From Fimbriimonadales bacterium (GTDB lineage Bacteria > Armatimonadota > Fimbriimonadia > Fimbriimonadales > GBS-DC): DNA of 31,908 bases. This document shows positions 15,180-23,321 of the stretch, piece after piece. The position numbers were made by a program, and so were the translations under genes. The stretch covers positions 1 to 31,908 of the forward strand of contig JAOAES010000267.1 in the NCBI GenBank assembly GCA_026416655.1. The letters are read 5' to 3'. A model generated the notes under the pieces. It had not been told where the DNA came from. It did not search any database and saw nothing but the letters and a program-made list of their open reading frames with translations. The first letter of the stretch is position 1, and each line of letters opens with the position of its first letter.

Positions 15180-16514
15180 TCAAACGGTGGTCTGCTCCTT
15201 TTCTGCAGGTGTGGGGGCAGGCGCAGGTTGCCAGCGAACATAGAGCGTCAAGCCGTCCACCCGGTCCACCACTACATATTCCCCAACCTCAATCGGTGGG
15301 TCTAACGCAATCGCCCGCCAGAGCGTGCCGTCCACAAATACCTGCCCTTCCGGGTCTAGCTTGGAGCGCACGCGCCCAATCATTCCCACCAGCCGCTCCT
15401 GCCCACTGACCTTACGGCGGAACTGCGCCCGTATCCCCGAATACGCTACAAACAAGAATGCCGCACCCGTCAGCGCAGTCATCGTGCCAATCAGCCAGAA
15501 ACTCACGCGAAACACGGGCGAGTCGGACTGAAACAGGATAATCGAGCCGATGGTGAACGACACGAGCGCACCCGCCGTCAACACGCCGTGTGAAGTCGTG
15601 AACAACTCCGCTACAAAGAGCACAAACGCCAACAAAATCAGGGCGACGCCCAGCGCATTCACAGGCAACACCGACGCCGCATAGAGCGCAAGCAGCAACG
15701 AAATCACGCCAATCACGCCGGGAAAAGTCGCGCCGGGGTTTTGTAGCTCACCCAGAATCCCGTAAATCGCCAGCAGCATCAAAATATAGAACACATTCGG
15801 GTGCGCAAGGAACATCAGCAGCGACTCGCGCCAGTTTTTGGGAACCTCCTGCAGAGGCGCGTCTTTCGTGCGCAGCGTCACAACCGTGTCGCCCGCTACC
15901 TTCACCTTGCGCCCGTCGATTTTCACCAGCAAGTCTTGTGGGCTGTTGGCGATGACATCGATGACTCGATTCGCTAACGCCTCTCGTTCGGTGATGGAGG
16001 CGGCTTCCGTGATGGCTTTCACCACCCAGTCTTTATTACGTCCGCGCTGCTCGGCGATGGTCTTCGCGTAGGCGATGGTGTCGTTCATCACTTTACGCCT
16101 CAAATCTTGGGGAATGTCCTGACCGTCGCCAGAAATCGGGGTCGCCGCGCCGATGTTCGTGCCGGGCGCCATCGCGGCGATATTGGCGGAGACCGTGATA
16201 AACACGCCCGCCGAACCTGCGCGTGAACCGGAAGGGTACACGAACACAATAACAGGAATAGGGCTGTTCAGCAGAGTGGTGGTAATGTCGCGCGTGGCTT
16301 GCAGTTCCCCGCCAGGCGTGTCCAGTAAAATCAGAAACGCTCCAGCGTCGGCTTTCAGCGCATCCGCATGCGCCCGCATCAAGTAGTCGGCAGAGGCGCG
16401 ATGCACAATTTCCTTAAACTGAATGTAGTAAATGGGACGCGCCGCTTGCGGTTGCGCCCACGCCGCGATGCTTAGCAACCCCCACAGCATTCCCCAGACC
16501 CAGCGTCGCATCAT
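15180..16514 (-). CDS. nfeD: NfeD family membrane-bound serine protease (long form: ClpP-like domain, TM region, OB-fold)
   Basis: Signal peptide, motifs LDTPGG, RAGSAG and APGTNIGAATP, and C-terminal GQVFVDGTLWRA. Confidence 0.88.
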   Translation of the reverse strand: MMRRWVWGMLWGLLSIAAWAQPQAARPIYYIQFKEIVHRASADYLMRAHADALKADAGAFLILLDTPGGELQATRDITTTLLNSPIPVIVFVYPSGSRAGSAGVFITVSANIAAMAPGTNIGAATPISGDGQDIPQDLRRKVMNDTIAYAKTIAEQRGRNKDWVVKAITEAASITEREALANRVIDVIANSPQDLLVKIDGRKVKVAGDTVVTLRTKDAPLQEVPKNWRESLLMFLAHPNVFYILMLLAIYGILGELQNPGATFPGVIGVISLLLALYAASVLPVNALGVALILLAFVLFVAELFTTSHGVLTAGALVSFTIGSIILFQSDSPVFRVSFWLIGTMTALTGAAFLFVAYSGIRAQFRRKVSGQERLVGMIGRVRSKLDPEGQVFVDGTLWRAIALDPPIEVGEYVVVDRVDGLTLYVRWQPAPAPTPAEKEQTTV

Positions 16515-16523
16515 CTCGGGGAT

Positions 16524-16546
16524 ATTTTACCTGAACAAGGTATCAT
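16524..16546. promoter_or_regulatory. Back-to-back -10 elements GG-TAAAAT (minus) and GG-TATCAT (plus) in a 39-nt divergent gap
   Basis: They lie 9 nt before nfeD ATG 16514 and 7 nt before GTG 16554, respectively. Confidence 0.6.
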
Positions 16547-16553
16547 TAAGGGC

Positions 16554-17669
16554 GTGGATGGGGAACAATTTCCCGAGCGAACGCCGACAATTCAGAGTAT
16601 GCTTAGGGAGGCGAAATTAGGGACGATGATTTGCCCGAAGTGTTTTGCGGAGATACCCGATGTGAGCGCATTCTGCATGGAGTGTGGTTCGCGCATCAAG
16701 GAAGATACTCTCGACCCGCTCTATGCGGAAGGCTCCGACCGTGAGGTCTATCCTGAGCTGGCGCGGGCGAACCTACTGCGCATGCAGGGCAAGCATGAGG
16801 AAGCCATCGATGTGTGCCGCCGTATTCTGGGACGGTTCCCCAGCAACGAGACCGTGCACGCGCTGCTGGGCGATATTTACGCCGATCAAGGCAAACTGGA
16901 GGACGCCATCCAGTGGTATGAACTGCTGGTGGAGTTAGCGCCCACCAACGTCCACTACAGCGCCAAGTTGCATAACTTACGCGCGATGCACGCTGCGCAG
17001 GTCGCTCCCCCTCCGCCCATACCGGACCCAGAGACGAAGCCCGCGAAACCGAAGACTCTTGCCTACGCGCTGTTTGGATTGCTTGCACTTATCCTCATCG
17101 CGGCGTCGTTTGTCGCAGGAGCACGGATGAACGCTCTGCGCCAGGCGGCGGCGCAGCCCATCCGAAGCAACGCGGCGAGCCTCTCCCCTGCTCCGAACAA
17201 CGAAACGGTGCGCATCCCACCACCTAACCCTGTCGACTCGCCCCCCTCCCCTGCCCCGTCGTCCGCGCCTACGTCCGGATTCGCAGGAATGAGCGCAGTG
17301 GAGATGGAACTGGCGCAAAAACTCAGCCAGCAGCTCAACGGGACACCCGTGTGGTGCGCCTTTGACCCTGCAAGCAGCCGCTGGCAGGCACGGATTCGCA
17401 TTCAGTCGGGCGTGCTGAGCAAAACCCGCGTGCTTCAAGAAGCCGTTGCACTTACGCGGGCGTTTTACCAGCAATACCCGAACACGCCCAGTCTGAGCGT
17501 CGCTGTGATTGCCCCCAGTCCCAACGGCGGCGATGTGCTGATTTTCTCAGGAGACCTGAACGCCCAACTCGCCGCGCTGGAACCCAACGCGCTCAACGAG
17601 GAACAGGCGCAGATACTGTTGCAACAACTGCAGGCGTGGTGGAACCCGACCATCCACTTTCAGAGCTAA
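16554..17669 (+). CDS. Zinc-ribbon plus TPR membrane protein of unknown function
   Basis: CPKC..CMEC ribbon, two TPR-like repeats, one TM helix (LAYALFGLLALILIAASFVAG), a Pro-rich linker and a C-terminal domain. The alternative start is ATG 16626. Confidence 0.75.
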   Translation: MDGEQFPERTPTIQSMLREAKLGTMICPKCFAEIPDVSAFCMECGSRIKEDTLDPLYAEGSDREVYPELARANLLRMQGKHEEAIDVCRRILGRFPSNETVHALLGDIYADQGKLEDAIQWYELLVELAPTNVHYSAKLHNLRAMHAAQVAPPPPIPDPETKPAKPKTLAYALFGLLALILIAASFVAGARMNALRQAAAQPIRSNAASLSPAPNNETVRIPPPNPVDSPPSPAPSSAPTSGFAGMSAVEMELAQKLSQQLNGTPVWCAFDPASSRWQARIRIQSGVLSKTRVLQEAVALTRAFYQQYPNTPSLSVAVIAPSPNGGDVLIFSGDLNAQLAALEPNALNEEQAQILLQQLQAWWNPTIHFQS

Positions 17670-18752
17670 TCAGACTGGCACGACGCGCCTTGCCCGCGCC
17701 CGAATCGCTTCAATTTCGGCGTCGGTCAGGGCGCGTTCGAAACTCCGGAAACCCGCAAGCCGAAAACCATGCTTGCGCGCCAGTTCCTGCGTGATTTGCA
17801 CCTGCTGCAGGCTGACCTCCTTTCCCAGGGTAAAGTTCTCGATGCGCCCCTCCAGCGCGAGCATCATCGTCTCCGACATGCAGGCATACGCCATGCGCGG
17901 CGGGAAGCCGAAATCGAAGCCGAAGTCCACATTGCCCGGCACTTCCACCAGCCCCCCTTCGATAACCAGCACATCATCGCGTTCGCGGGCGACACGCACC
18001 GACACATCCCGAGGACGCGCCACATCGACCACCACGGCGCCCGATTTGAGGTCTTTCGGATAAATCACGGCGTCTACCGCACTCGTGACCGTGATAATCA
18101 CATCTGCCTGCGGGAGGTCGCGCGAAAGGTCGGTAGAAACACGCACGGCTCCACGCGCCAGCGGACGCAGCTGCTGCGCGATTGGCTCTAAGCGCGAAGC
18201 GTCCCGCCCCAGCAGGAGCATCGCTTTGGCTTGCGGCGCGAGCGCCTCGGCGCAGGTGCGCCCTATCGAGCCGGTCGCCCCCACAACCGCTACGGTGGCA
18301 TCAGCGATGTCCATCCCCATCTTCTCTGCCCCCAGAACCGCCGCTTCAATCGCCGTCGCAACGGTGTAGCTGTTGCCCGTTGTCACCGCGATGTCAAGAT
18401 TTTTCGCAATCGTGACCCCGCCATCGCCGACCACGGAGGTAAACGCGCCCAACCCGATGATTTCCGCGCCCAGCTCCTGAGCAATCTGCCCGCAGCGAAT
18501 GATTTTCTGATAGACCAGTTCCAGAGGCAGGTTCAACATCATGCGCGGCGAAAGCGGACAGCCGATAAACCAGCCCTCGGTCGTCGCGCCGGTGAGCGAT
18601 TGTATCCCCGTAATCCGTGAGACGACCATCGGCTCCTTGCGTAATAGCAGCTGTTCCACCCATCGCTCGGGCAGAAACTTCGCGATGGGATATTTCCGCG
18701 CGGCGTCCCGCTTCACATCGACAGGATGGATAACGAACGCAAATCGATGCAT
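17670..18752 (-). CDS. Long-chain acyl-ACP reductase (AAR)-like / COG5322 dehydrogenase
   Basis: N-terminal FAFVIHP, motifs GLGAFTSVVG, TTGNSYT and GATGSIG, and AYACMSETMMLALEG with Cys291. Confidence 0.75.
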   Translation of the reverse strand: MHRFAFVIHPVDVKRDAARKYPIAKFLPERWVEQLLLRKEPMVVSRITGIQSLTGATTEGWFIGCPLSPRMMLNLPLELVYQKIIRCGQIAQELGAEIIGLGAFTSVVGDGGVTIAKNLDIAVTTGNSYTVATAIEAAVLGAEKMGMDIADATVAVVGATGSIGRTCAEALAPQAKAMLLLGRDASRLEPIAQQLRPLARGAVRVSTDLSRDLPQADVIITVTSAVDAVIYPKDLKSGAVVVDVARPRDVSVRVARERDDVLVIEGGLVEVPGNVDFGFDFGFPPRMAYACMSETMMLALEGRIENFTLGKEVSLQQVQITQELARKHGFRLAGFRSFERALTDAEIEAIRARARRVVPV

Positions 18753-18758
18753 ACCTAA

Positions 18759-18766
18759 AAGATACC
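18759..18766 (-). promoter_or_regulatory. -10 element GG-TATCTT, 6 nt before ATG 18752
   Basis: Matches the window-wide motif and spacing. Confidence 0.55.
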
Positions 18767-18768
18767 CG

Positions 18769-18800
18769 AAAAAGAGAAAGCCCCTCCCACAGGAGGGGCT
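18769..18800 (-). terminator. Intrinsic terminator of the 82-aa gene
   Basis: Minus strand AGCCCCTCC-TGTG-GGAGGGGCT-TTCTCTTTTT. Confidence 0.75.
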
Positions 18801-18812
18801 TCAAGCCGCCTA

Positions 18813-19061
18813 TCAGGCTGACTTGCCGTTCTTGGAGCTGCGCCGTCGCTGACGGACATTCTTGAGACCGAAGCGATACTTCGCAAACGCCTCCTCGATT
18901 TTGCCGTCCATAACCAGCTTCGCAAACTCCTGCGCTCCATCCAGCTTCGCCTGATTCGGCTTGCGTCTCCGTATTGCCTTAATTGCTTCTGCCATATCAA
19001 TCTCACCTGCCTTAAACGCCTTAAGGATACCCTCGATATAGGCACTGCGTCGATCCGACAT
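18813..19061 (-). CDS. Small basic hypothetical protein (82 aa) with SHOCT-like helical motifs
   Basis: GGAGG lies 8 nt before ATG 19061. Sequence MSDRRSAYIEGILKAFKAGEIDMAEAIKAIRR...VRQRRRSSKNGKSA. Has its own promoter and terminator. Confidence 0.7.
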   Translation of the reverse strand: MSDRRSAYIEGILKAFKAGEIDMAEAIKAIRRRKPNQAKLDGAQEFAKLVMDGKIEEAFAKYRFGLKNVRQRRRSSKNGKSA

Positions 19062-19086
19062 AGTGTACACCTCCATAACGTCAATA

Positions 19087-19116
19087 AGTATACCTATTTT
19101 CATAGGCACTTGTCAA
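19087..19116 (-). promoter_or_regulatory. Consensus sigma70-type promoter TTGACA-N18-TATACT with a CCTAT-N4-ATAGG palindrome in the spacer
   Basis: Read directly: -35 at 19111-19116, -10 at 19087-19092, palindrome at 19093-19106. Confidence 0.75.
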
Positions 19117-19257
19117 GTGAGAGCGAGTGTGGAAGGCGAATTGTCGCTGCGACTCCATCATGGGGATAAGTCTTAGAGATCGATAATGAGGCGCATGACA
19201 GTGGTGTGGAAAAGGTAAAACCCGCTTTGTTCCTTGTATCGGTTTTAGTCCTCTATG

Positions 19258-20544
19258 CTATAAACTCACTAACTCACCCGTCACACCGTCTGCCGTGAGA
19301 TCCGTGATGCGCACTTTTACCAGCTCCCCCGCGAGGTTGGGCGAGCCAGCGAACTCCACTTGCAGATAGTGGTCGCTCGTGCCCATCATCAGTCCCGAGA
19401 GCTTCGAGCGGCTCTCCACGAGGACACGCTCTACCCTGCCCAGAAAGCGCGACGCATAGCGCTGTGCCGCCGCCTTACACACCCGCTGCAACTGCTGGAT
19501 ACGCTCCGACTTCACCGAGTCGGGCACATGGTCGCTCATCGTCTCGGCGGGCGTGCCCGGACGCGGCGAGTACCGGAACAGATGCGCCCGACAGAACTCC
19601 ACCTGCTCGACCACAAAGCAAGTGTGCTGAAACGCCTGTTCATCCTCGCCCGGAAAGCCCACCATAATATCGGTGCTGACACCAAAATCGGGGATGCGCT
19701 CGCGCAGGCGGCGAATTAAATCCAGATAGAACGCCTGGTCATAGGGGCGGTTCATCGCCCTGAGAATGCGCGAGTCGCCGCTTTGCAGCGGGATGTGCAG
19801 TTGAGGGCACATCTTGGAGTTCTCCGCGATTAGGTCTATCAACCGCTCGCTGATAAGCGTCGGCTCGATGGAGCTGATACGAATGCGCTCCAGCCCGTCG
19901 ATCTCGCTCAGCAGCGCGCACAGCTCGGCGAGGTCAGGTCCTCCGCTGCCCGTTTCAGCACCGTAGTCGCCGATGAGCACACCGGTCAGCACAATCTCTC
20001 GGTAGCCGTCCTCTACCATCGCCCGTGCCTCATCCAGCACCTCTTGGTACGGGATGCTACGCATCACGGGGCGGGTATAGGGAATAGAACAGAAGCTACA
20101 GTAGACGTTGCAACCGTCCTGAATCTTCAACACAGCGCGACTGCGACGACGGAGGGGGGTTCCTCCCTGTCGACGCGCCTGTTCCAGCGCGGTCTTGAAG
20201 TGGGGATAATGCTCCAGCAGGTACTCTACCGCGCGCAGCTTGTCCGGGTTGGGAACTACCAGGTGCGCCTCGTCTAACCGCTCGCCACGCCGAAGGGTAA
20301 ACTGCGCATAGCAGCCTGTCATAACCACGATGGCATTCGGATTCTGGCGTGCGGCGCGCCGTATCGTCTGGCGCGACTTCGCCTCCGCTGATTGTGTTAC
20401 CGAGCAAGTGTTGATGACATACACATCGGCAGGCGCGTCAAACGGCACGATTTCGAAGCCCTGCGCCTCGAAACTCTCCAGAATCTTCTGCGTCTCGTAC
20501 TGGTTGACTTTGCAACCCAGCGTCGTGAAAGCAGCGGTCGGCAT
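19258..20544 (-). CDS. mtaB: tRNA t6A37 methylthiotransferase MtaB
   Basis: UPF0004 domain TLGCKVNQYET, INTCSVT and VMTGCYAQ, radical SAM QDGCNVYCSFCSIP, and a C-terminal TRAM domain. Confidence 0.9.
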   Translation of the reverse strand: MPTAAFTTLGCKVNQYETQKILESFEAQGFEIVPFDAPADVYVINTCSVTQSAEAKSRQTIRRAARQNPNAIVVMTGCYAQFTLRRGERLDEAHLVVPNPDKLRAVEYLLEHYPHFKTALEQARRQGGTPLRRRSRAVLKIQDGCNVYCSFCSIPYTRPVMRSIPYQEVLDEARAMVEDGYREIVLTGVLIGDYGAETGSGGPDLAELCALLSEIDGLERIRISSIEPTLISERLIDLIAENSKMCPQLHIPLQSGDSRILRAMNRPYDQAFYLDLIRRLRERIPDFGVSTDIMVGFPGEDEQAFQHTCFVVEQVEFCRAHLFRYSPRPGTPAETMSDHVPDSVKSERIQQLQRVCKAAAQRYASRFLGRVERVLVESRSKLSGLMMGTSDHYLQVEFAGSPNLAGELVKVRITDLTADGVTGELVSL

Positions 20545-20553
20545 GATGAAGGA

Positions 20554-20628
20554 ATTCTACCTGAGGGCTAATCTAAAGCAGGTCGAGAAACTCCTTATAC
20601 CGCCGCCATCGCCCTCCTCAGGTACAAT
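20554..20628. promoter_or_regulatory. Divergent -10 elements GG-TAGAAT (minus, 20554-20561) and GG-TACAAT (plus, 20621-20628)
   Basis: The minus element is 9 nt before the mtaB ATG. The plus element is followed by a short leader with AGGAGG before the acyl-CoA dehydrogenase. Confidence 0.6.
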
Positions 20629-20652
20629 CTACTCTGTAAGGAGGCTGTTATT

Positions 20653-21867
20653 ATGGATTTCACCCTTTCGGAAGAGCATCTGATGGTGCGCGATACGGTG
20701 CGCCGCTTCGTAGAGAATGAAATCAAGCCCCACATTCGCGAATGGGATCGACACGGTGCAGACCCCAAAGTGTTCCAACGCATGGCGGAGCTTGGCTTGC
20801 TGGGGATTTGTGTCCCCCGCAAGTGGGGCGGTTCTGGCTTAGATTACATCGCGCTGGGTATTGCCTGCGAGGAGCTGGAGTATGGCGACACCTTCCTGCG
20901 CGTCGTCATGTCCGTGCATGTCGGCTTGACCGCGATGACACTGATGAGCTGGGGAAACGAGGAACAGAAGCAGCGATTTTTAGTTCCCCAAGCGCGCGGC
21001 GAGCGGCTGGGCGCGTTCTGCCTCACGGAGCCGAACGCCGGCAGCGATGTGGTCGGCATGCAGTCGGTTGCGCGACGCGAGGGCGACCGCTATATCTTGA
21101 ACGGCGAGAAAATTTGGATATCGCTCGCCGAGGTCGCCGATCAGTACCTGGTGGTGGCTTGGACAGACTTGGACAAGAAAGCGAGGCGCGACCATTCAGG
21201 GATGAGCGCGTTCTTCGTGGAACGTGAGCGCGCAGGCGTCAAACCCTACACTCTGAAAGGCAAGCTCGGTGTGCGTGCAGGCAACACAGGGGGCGTGGTG
21301 TTTGAGAATGTGGAAATCCCCGTTGAGAACCGTATCGGCGAGGAAGGCGAGGGATTCAAAATCGCGATGTTTGCGCTCGATCAGGGGCGCTACACGGTGG
21401 CGGCGGGCGCAGCAGGGCTGATTCGGGCGTGTCTGGAGGAATCAGTGCGCTACGCCAAAGAGCGAAAGACCTTCGGTAAATCCCTTGCGGAGCACCAGCT
21501 CATCAAGCAGAAAATCGCGCAGATGGAAGCCGATTACCAGATTAGCGCGTTGCTCTATCAGAAGGTGGGCTGGATGAAGAATGTGGGTTTACGCAACACA
21601 CGCGAGACCTCGCTGGCAAAATGGTACAGCACGGAAGCGGCGCAGCGTGCCGCCAACGCCGCCGTGCAACTGTTCGGCTCCTACGGCTTCTCCGACGAGT
21701 ACCCTGTGGAACGCTTCTACCGTAACAGCAAAGGCGCGACCATCTACGAGGGAACCTCGGAGATTCACACGCTGCTCCAGGCGGACTACGCGCTGGGCTA
21801 TCGCGTGGATAAGCCCCTGCGCATCAACCTGCCGACCTACCCGTTTGCGGAAGACGCCGAGGGCTAA
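20653..21867 (+). CDS. Acyl-CoA dehydrogenase
   Basis: Motifs FCLTEPNAGSD, LNGEKIWIS, KLGVRA, QLFGSYGFSDEYPVER and IYEGTSEI. Confidence 0.92.
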   Translation: MDFTLSEEHLMVRDTVRRFVENEIKPHIREWDRHGADPKVFQRMAELGLLGICVPRKWGGSGLDYIALGIACEELEYGDTFLRVVMSVHVGLTAMTLMSWGNEEQKQRFLVPQARGERLGAFCLTEPNAGSDVVGMQSVARREGDRYILNGEKIWISLAEVADQYLVVAWTDLDKKARRDHSGMSAFFVERERAGVKPYTLKGKLGVRAGNTGGVVFENVEIPVENRIGEEGEGFKIAMFALDQGRYTVAAGAAGLIRACLEESVRYAKERKTFGKSLAEHQLIKQKIAQMEADYQISALLYQKVGWMKNVGLRNTRETSLAKWYSTEAAQRAANAAVQLFGSYGFSDEYPVERFYRNSKGATIYEGTSEIHTLLQADYALGYRVDKPLRINLPTYPFAEDAEG

Positions 21868-21871
21868 ATTA

Positions 21872-21894
21872 GGCACGGACAACCCGTCCGTGCC
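21872..21894. repeat. REP-like hairpin GGCACGGAC-AACCC-GTCCGTGCC
   Basis: Perfect 9-bp stem 4 nt after the acyl-CoA dehydrogenase stop, resembling the 9273 hairpin. May act as a 3' stabiliser. Confidence 0.55.
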
Positions 21895-21980
21895 AAGCAT
21901 CGGCGGGAGACTTATGCTGCTTTAACGCCTTGAATCTTTCGCTTGCCTTAACGGCTCTAACTACTTCGGCAGGAGGCAAC

Positions 21981-22376
21981 ATGCGGATTGTCAAGACGAT
22001 TATCGGAGCTTTATTGGGCGTCGCGCTCACTGGATGCGAAGCACCAGACTCGCAGGGCGTGCAGACGACCGTCACGCCCCGTGAAGTCTACGAACAACGC
22101 GAGAAGGGTGACGTGCTAATTATCGATGTGCGCACACCGGGCGAGTTTCGGGCGGAACGAATCAAGGAGGCGCAGAATAAACCGCTTGATCAAATTCAGC
22201 AGTGGGTGAAAGAGTTGCCGAAGGATAAGAAGATTTACTTCGTGTGTCGCAGCGGCAACCGCAGCGGACAGGCACAGCGTATCGCGCATCAGGCGGGCTA
22301 CACAAACACCTACAATATGCAGGGCGGGATGCTCGCATGGCGGCGCGAGGGGCTACCCGTCATGTCAGGCGAGTGA
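21981..22376 (+). CDS. Rhodanese-domain lipoprotein
   Basis: AGGAGG RBS, signal peptide with lipobox LTG-C, IIDVRTPGEF, active-site loop CRSGNR and NMQGGMLAW. Confidence 0.85.
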   Translation: MRIVKTIIGALLGVALTGCEAPDSQGVQTTVTPREVYEQREKGDVLIIDVRTPGEFRAERIKEAQNKPLDQIQQWVKELPKDKKIYFVCRSGNRSGQAQRIAHQAGYTNTYNMQGGMLAWRREGLPVMSGE

Positions 22377-22382
22377 GCAAGC

Positions 22383-23309
22383 TTAGCTCACCTCGCCTTT
22401 GGTAATCTGCATAAACACGTCCTCGAGATCGAGCGACTCCTCGCGGAAGGCAGCGATGCGGTAGCCGTCATGCACCAGTGAGGCGAGCAGGTCTGCCTGT
22501 TCTTCCAGTCCGCCTGCGAAATGCACGTAGAGGCTACCGTTGCGCGTCTCGACACCGTGCACATGCGGCTCGCGTTCCAGTCGTTGGATGAGCGCCTCCG
22601 GCTCGCTGAGCGGCTTGATTTCCAGTATACGGTTCGCCTGCAACTGCTGAACAATTTCGTCTACCGCGCCCCACACCAGCAGCTCGCCCTTCTCGATGAT
22701 GCCAATCTTGTTGCAGAAGTCCGCCAGTTCAGGCAGGATATGGGATGAGACCAGCACGATTTTGCCCATCGCGCCGAGTTCGCGTATCAGTTCCTTGATT
22801 TCGATTCGGGCGCGTGGGTCTAAGCCCGAAGCCGGCTCATCCAGCAGCAACAGAATTGGGTCATGCACGAGGCTTTTCGCGAGGCAAAGGCGCTGCTGCA
22901 TCCCGCGCGAGAGCGTCTCCACATAGGCGTCTTTCTTGACTGTGAGGTCGGTCAGCTCCAGCACATTCTCGATAATCGCGGCGCGTTGTGCTTTCGGAAT
23001 GCGATACGCCGCCGCGAAGAACTCCAGATACTCGGTGACGGTAATCCCCTCGTACAGCCCAAAGAAGTCCGGCATGTAGCCCAGCAGGGGGCGCACCTCT
23101 TCGGGCTGGCGCACGACGTCGATTCCGTTGAGCGTTGCTGTTCCTGCGGTCGGTTCCAGTAGCGTGGCGAGCATCTTAATCGTCGTGGTCTTGCCCGCGC
23201 CGTTCGGTCCGATGAAGCCGAACACATCACCCGGATGCAGCTGAAAATAGATGTCGCGCACCGCGACCAGCGCCCCATACTCTTTACGTAGCCCCTTGAC
23301 ATCCAGCAT
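22383..23309 (-). CDS. ABC transporter ATP-binding protein
   Basis: Walker A GPNGAGKTT, signature LSRGMQQR, Walker B LLLLDEP and H-loop SSHIL. Confidence 0.93.
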   Translation of the reverse strand: MLDVKGLRKEYGALVAVRDIYFQLHPGDVFGFIGPNGAGKTTTIKMLATLLEPTAGTATLNGIDVVRQPEEVRPLLGYMPDFFGLYEGITVTEYLEFFAAAYRIPKAQRAAIIENVLELTDLTVKKDAYVETLSRGMQQRLCLAKSLVHDPILLLLDEPASGLDPRARIEIKELIRELGAMGKIVLVSSHILPELADFCNKIGIIEKGELLVWGAVDEIVQQLQANRILEIKPLSEPEALIQRLEREPHVHGVETRNGSLYVHFAGGLEEQADLLASLVHDGYRIAAFREESLDLEDVFMQITKGEVS

Positions 23310-23321
23310 AGTGCGACACCC

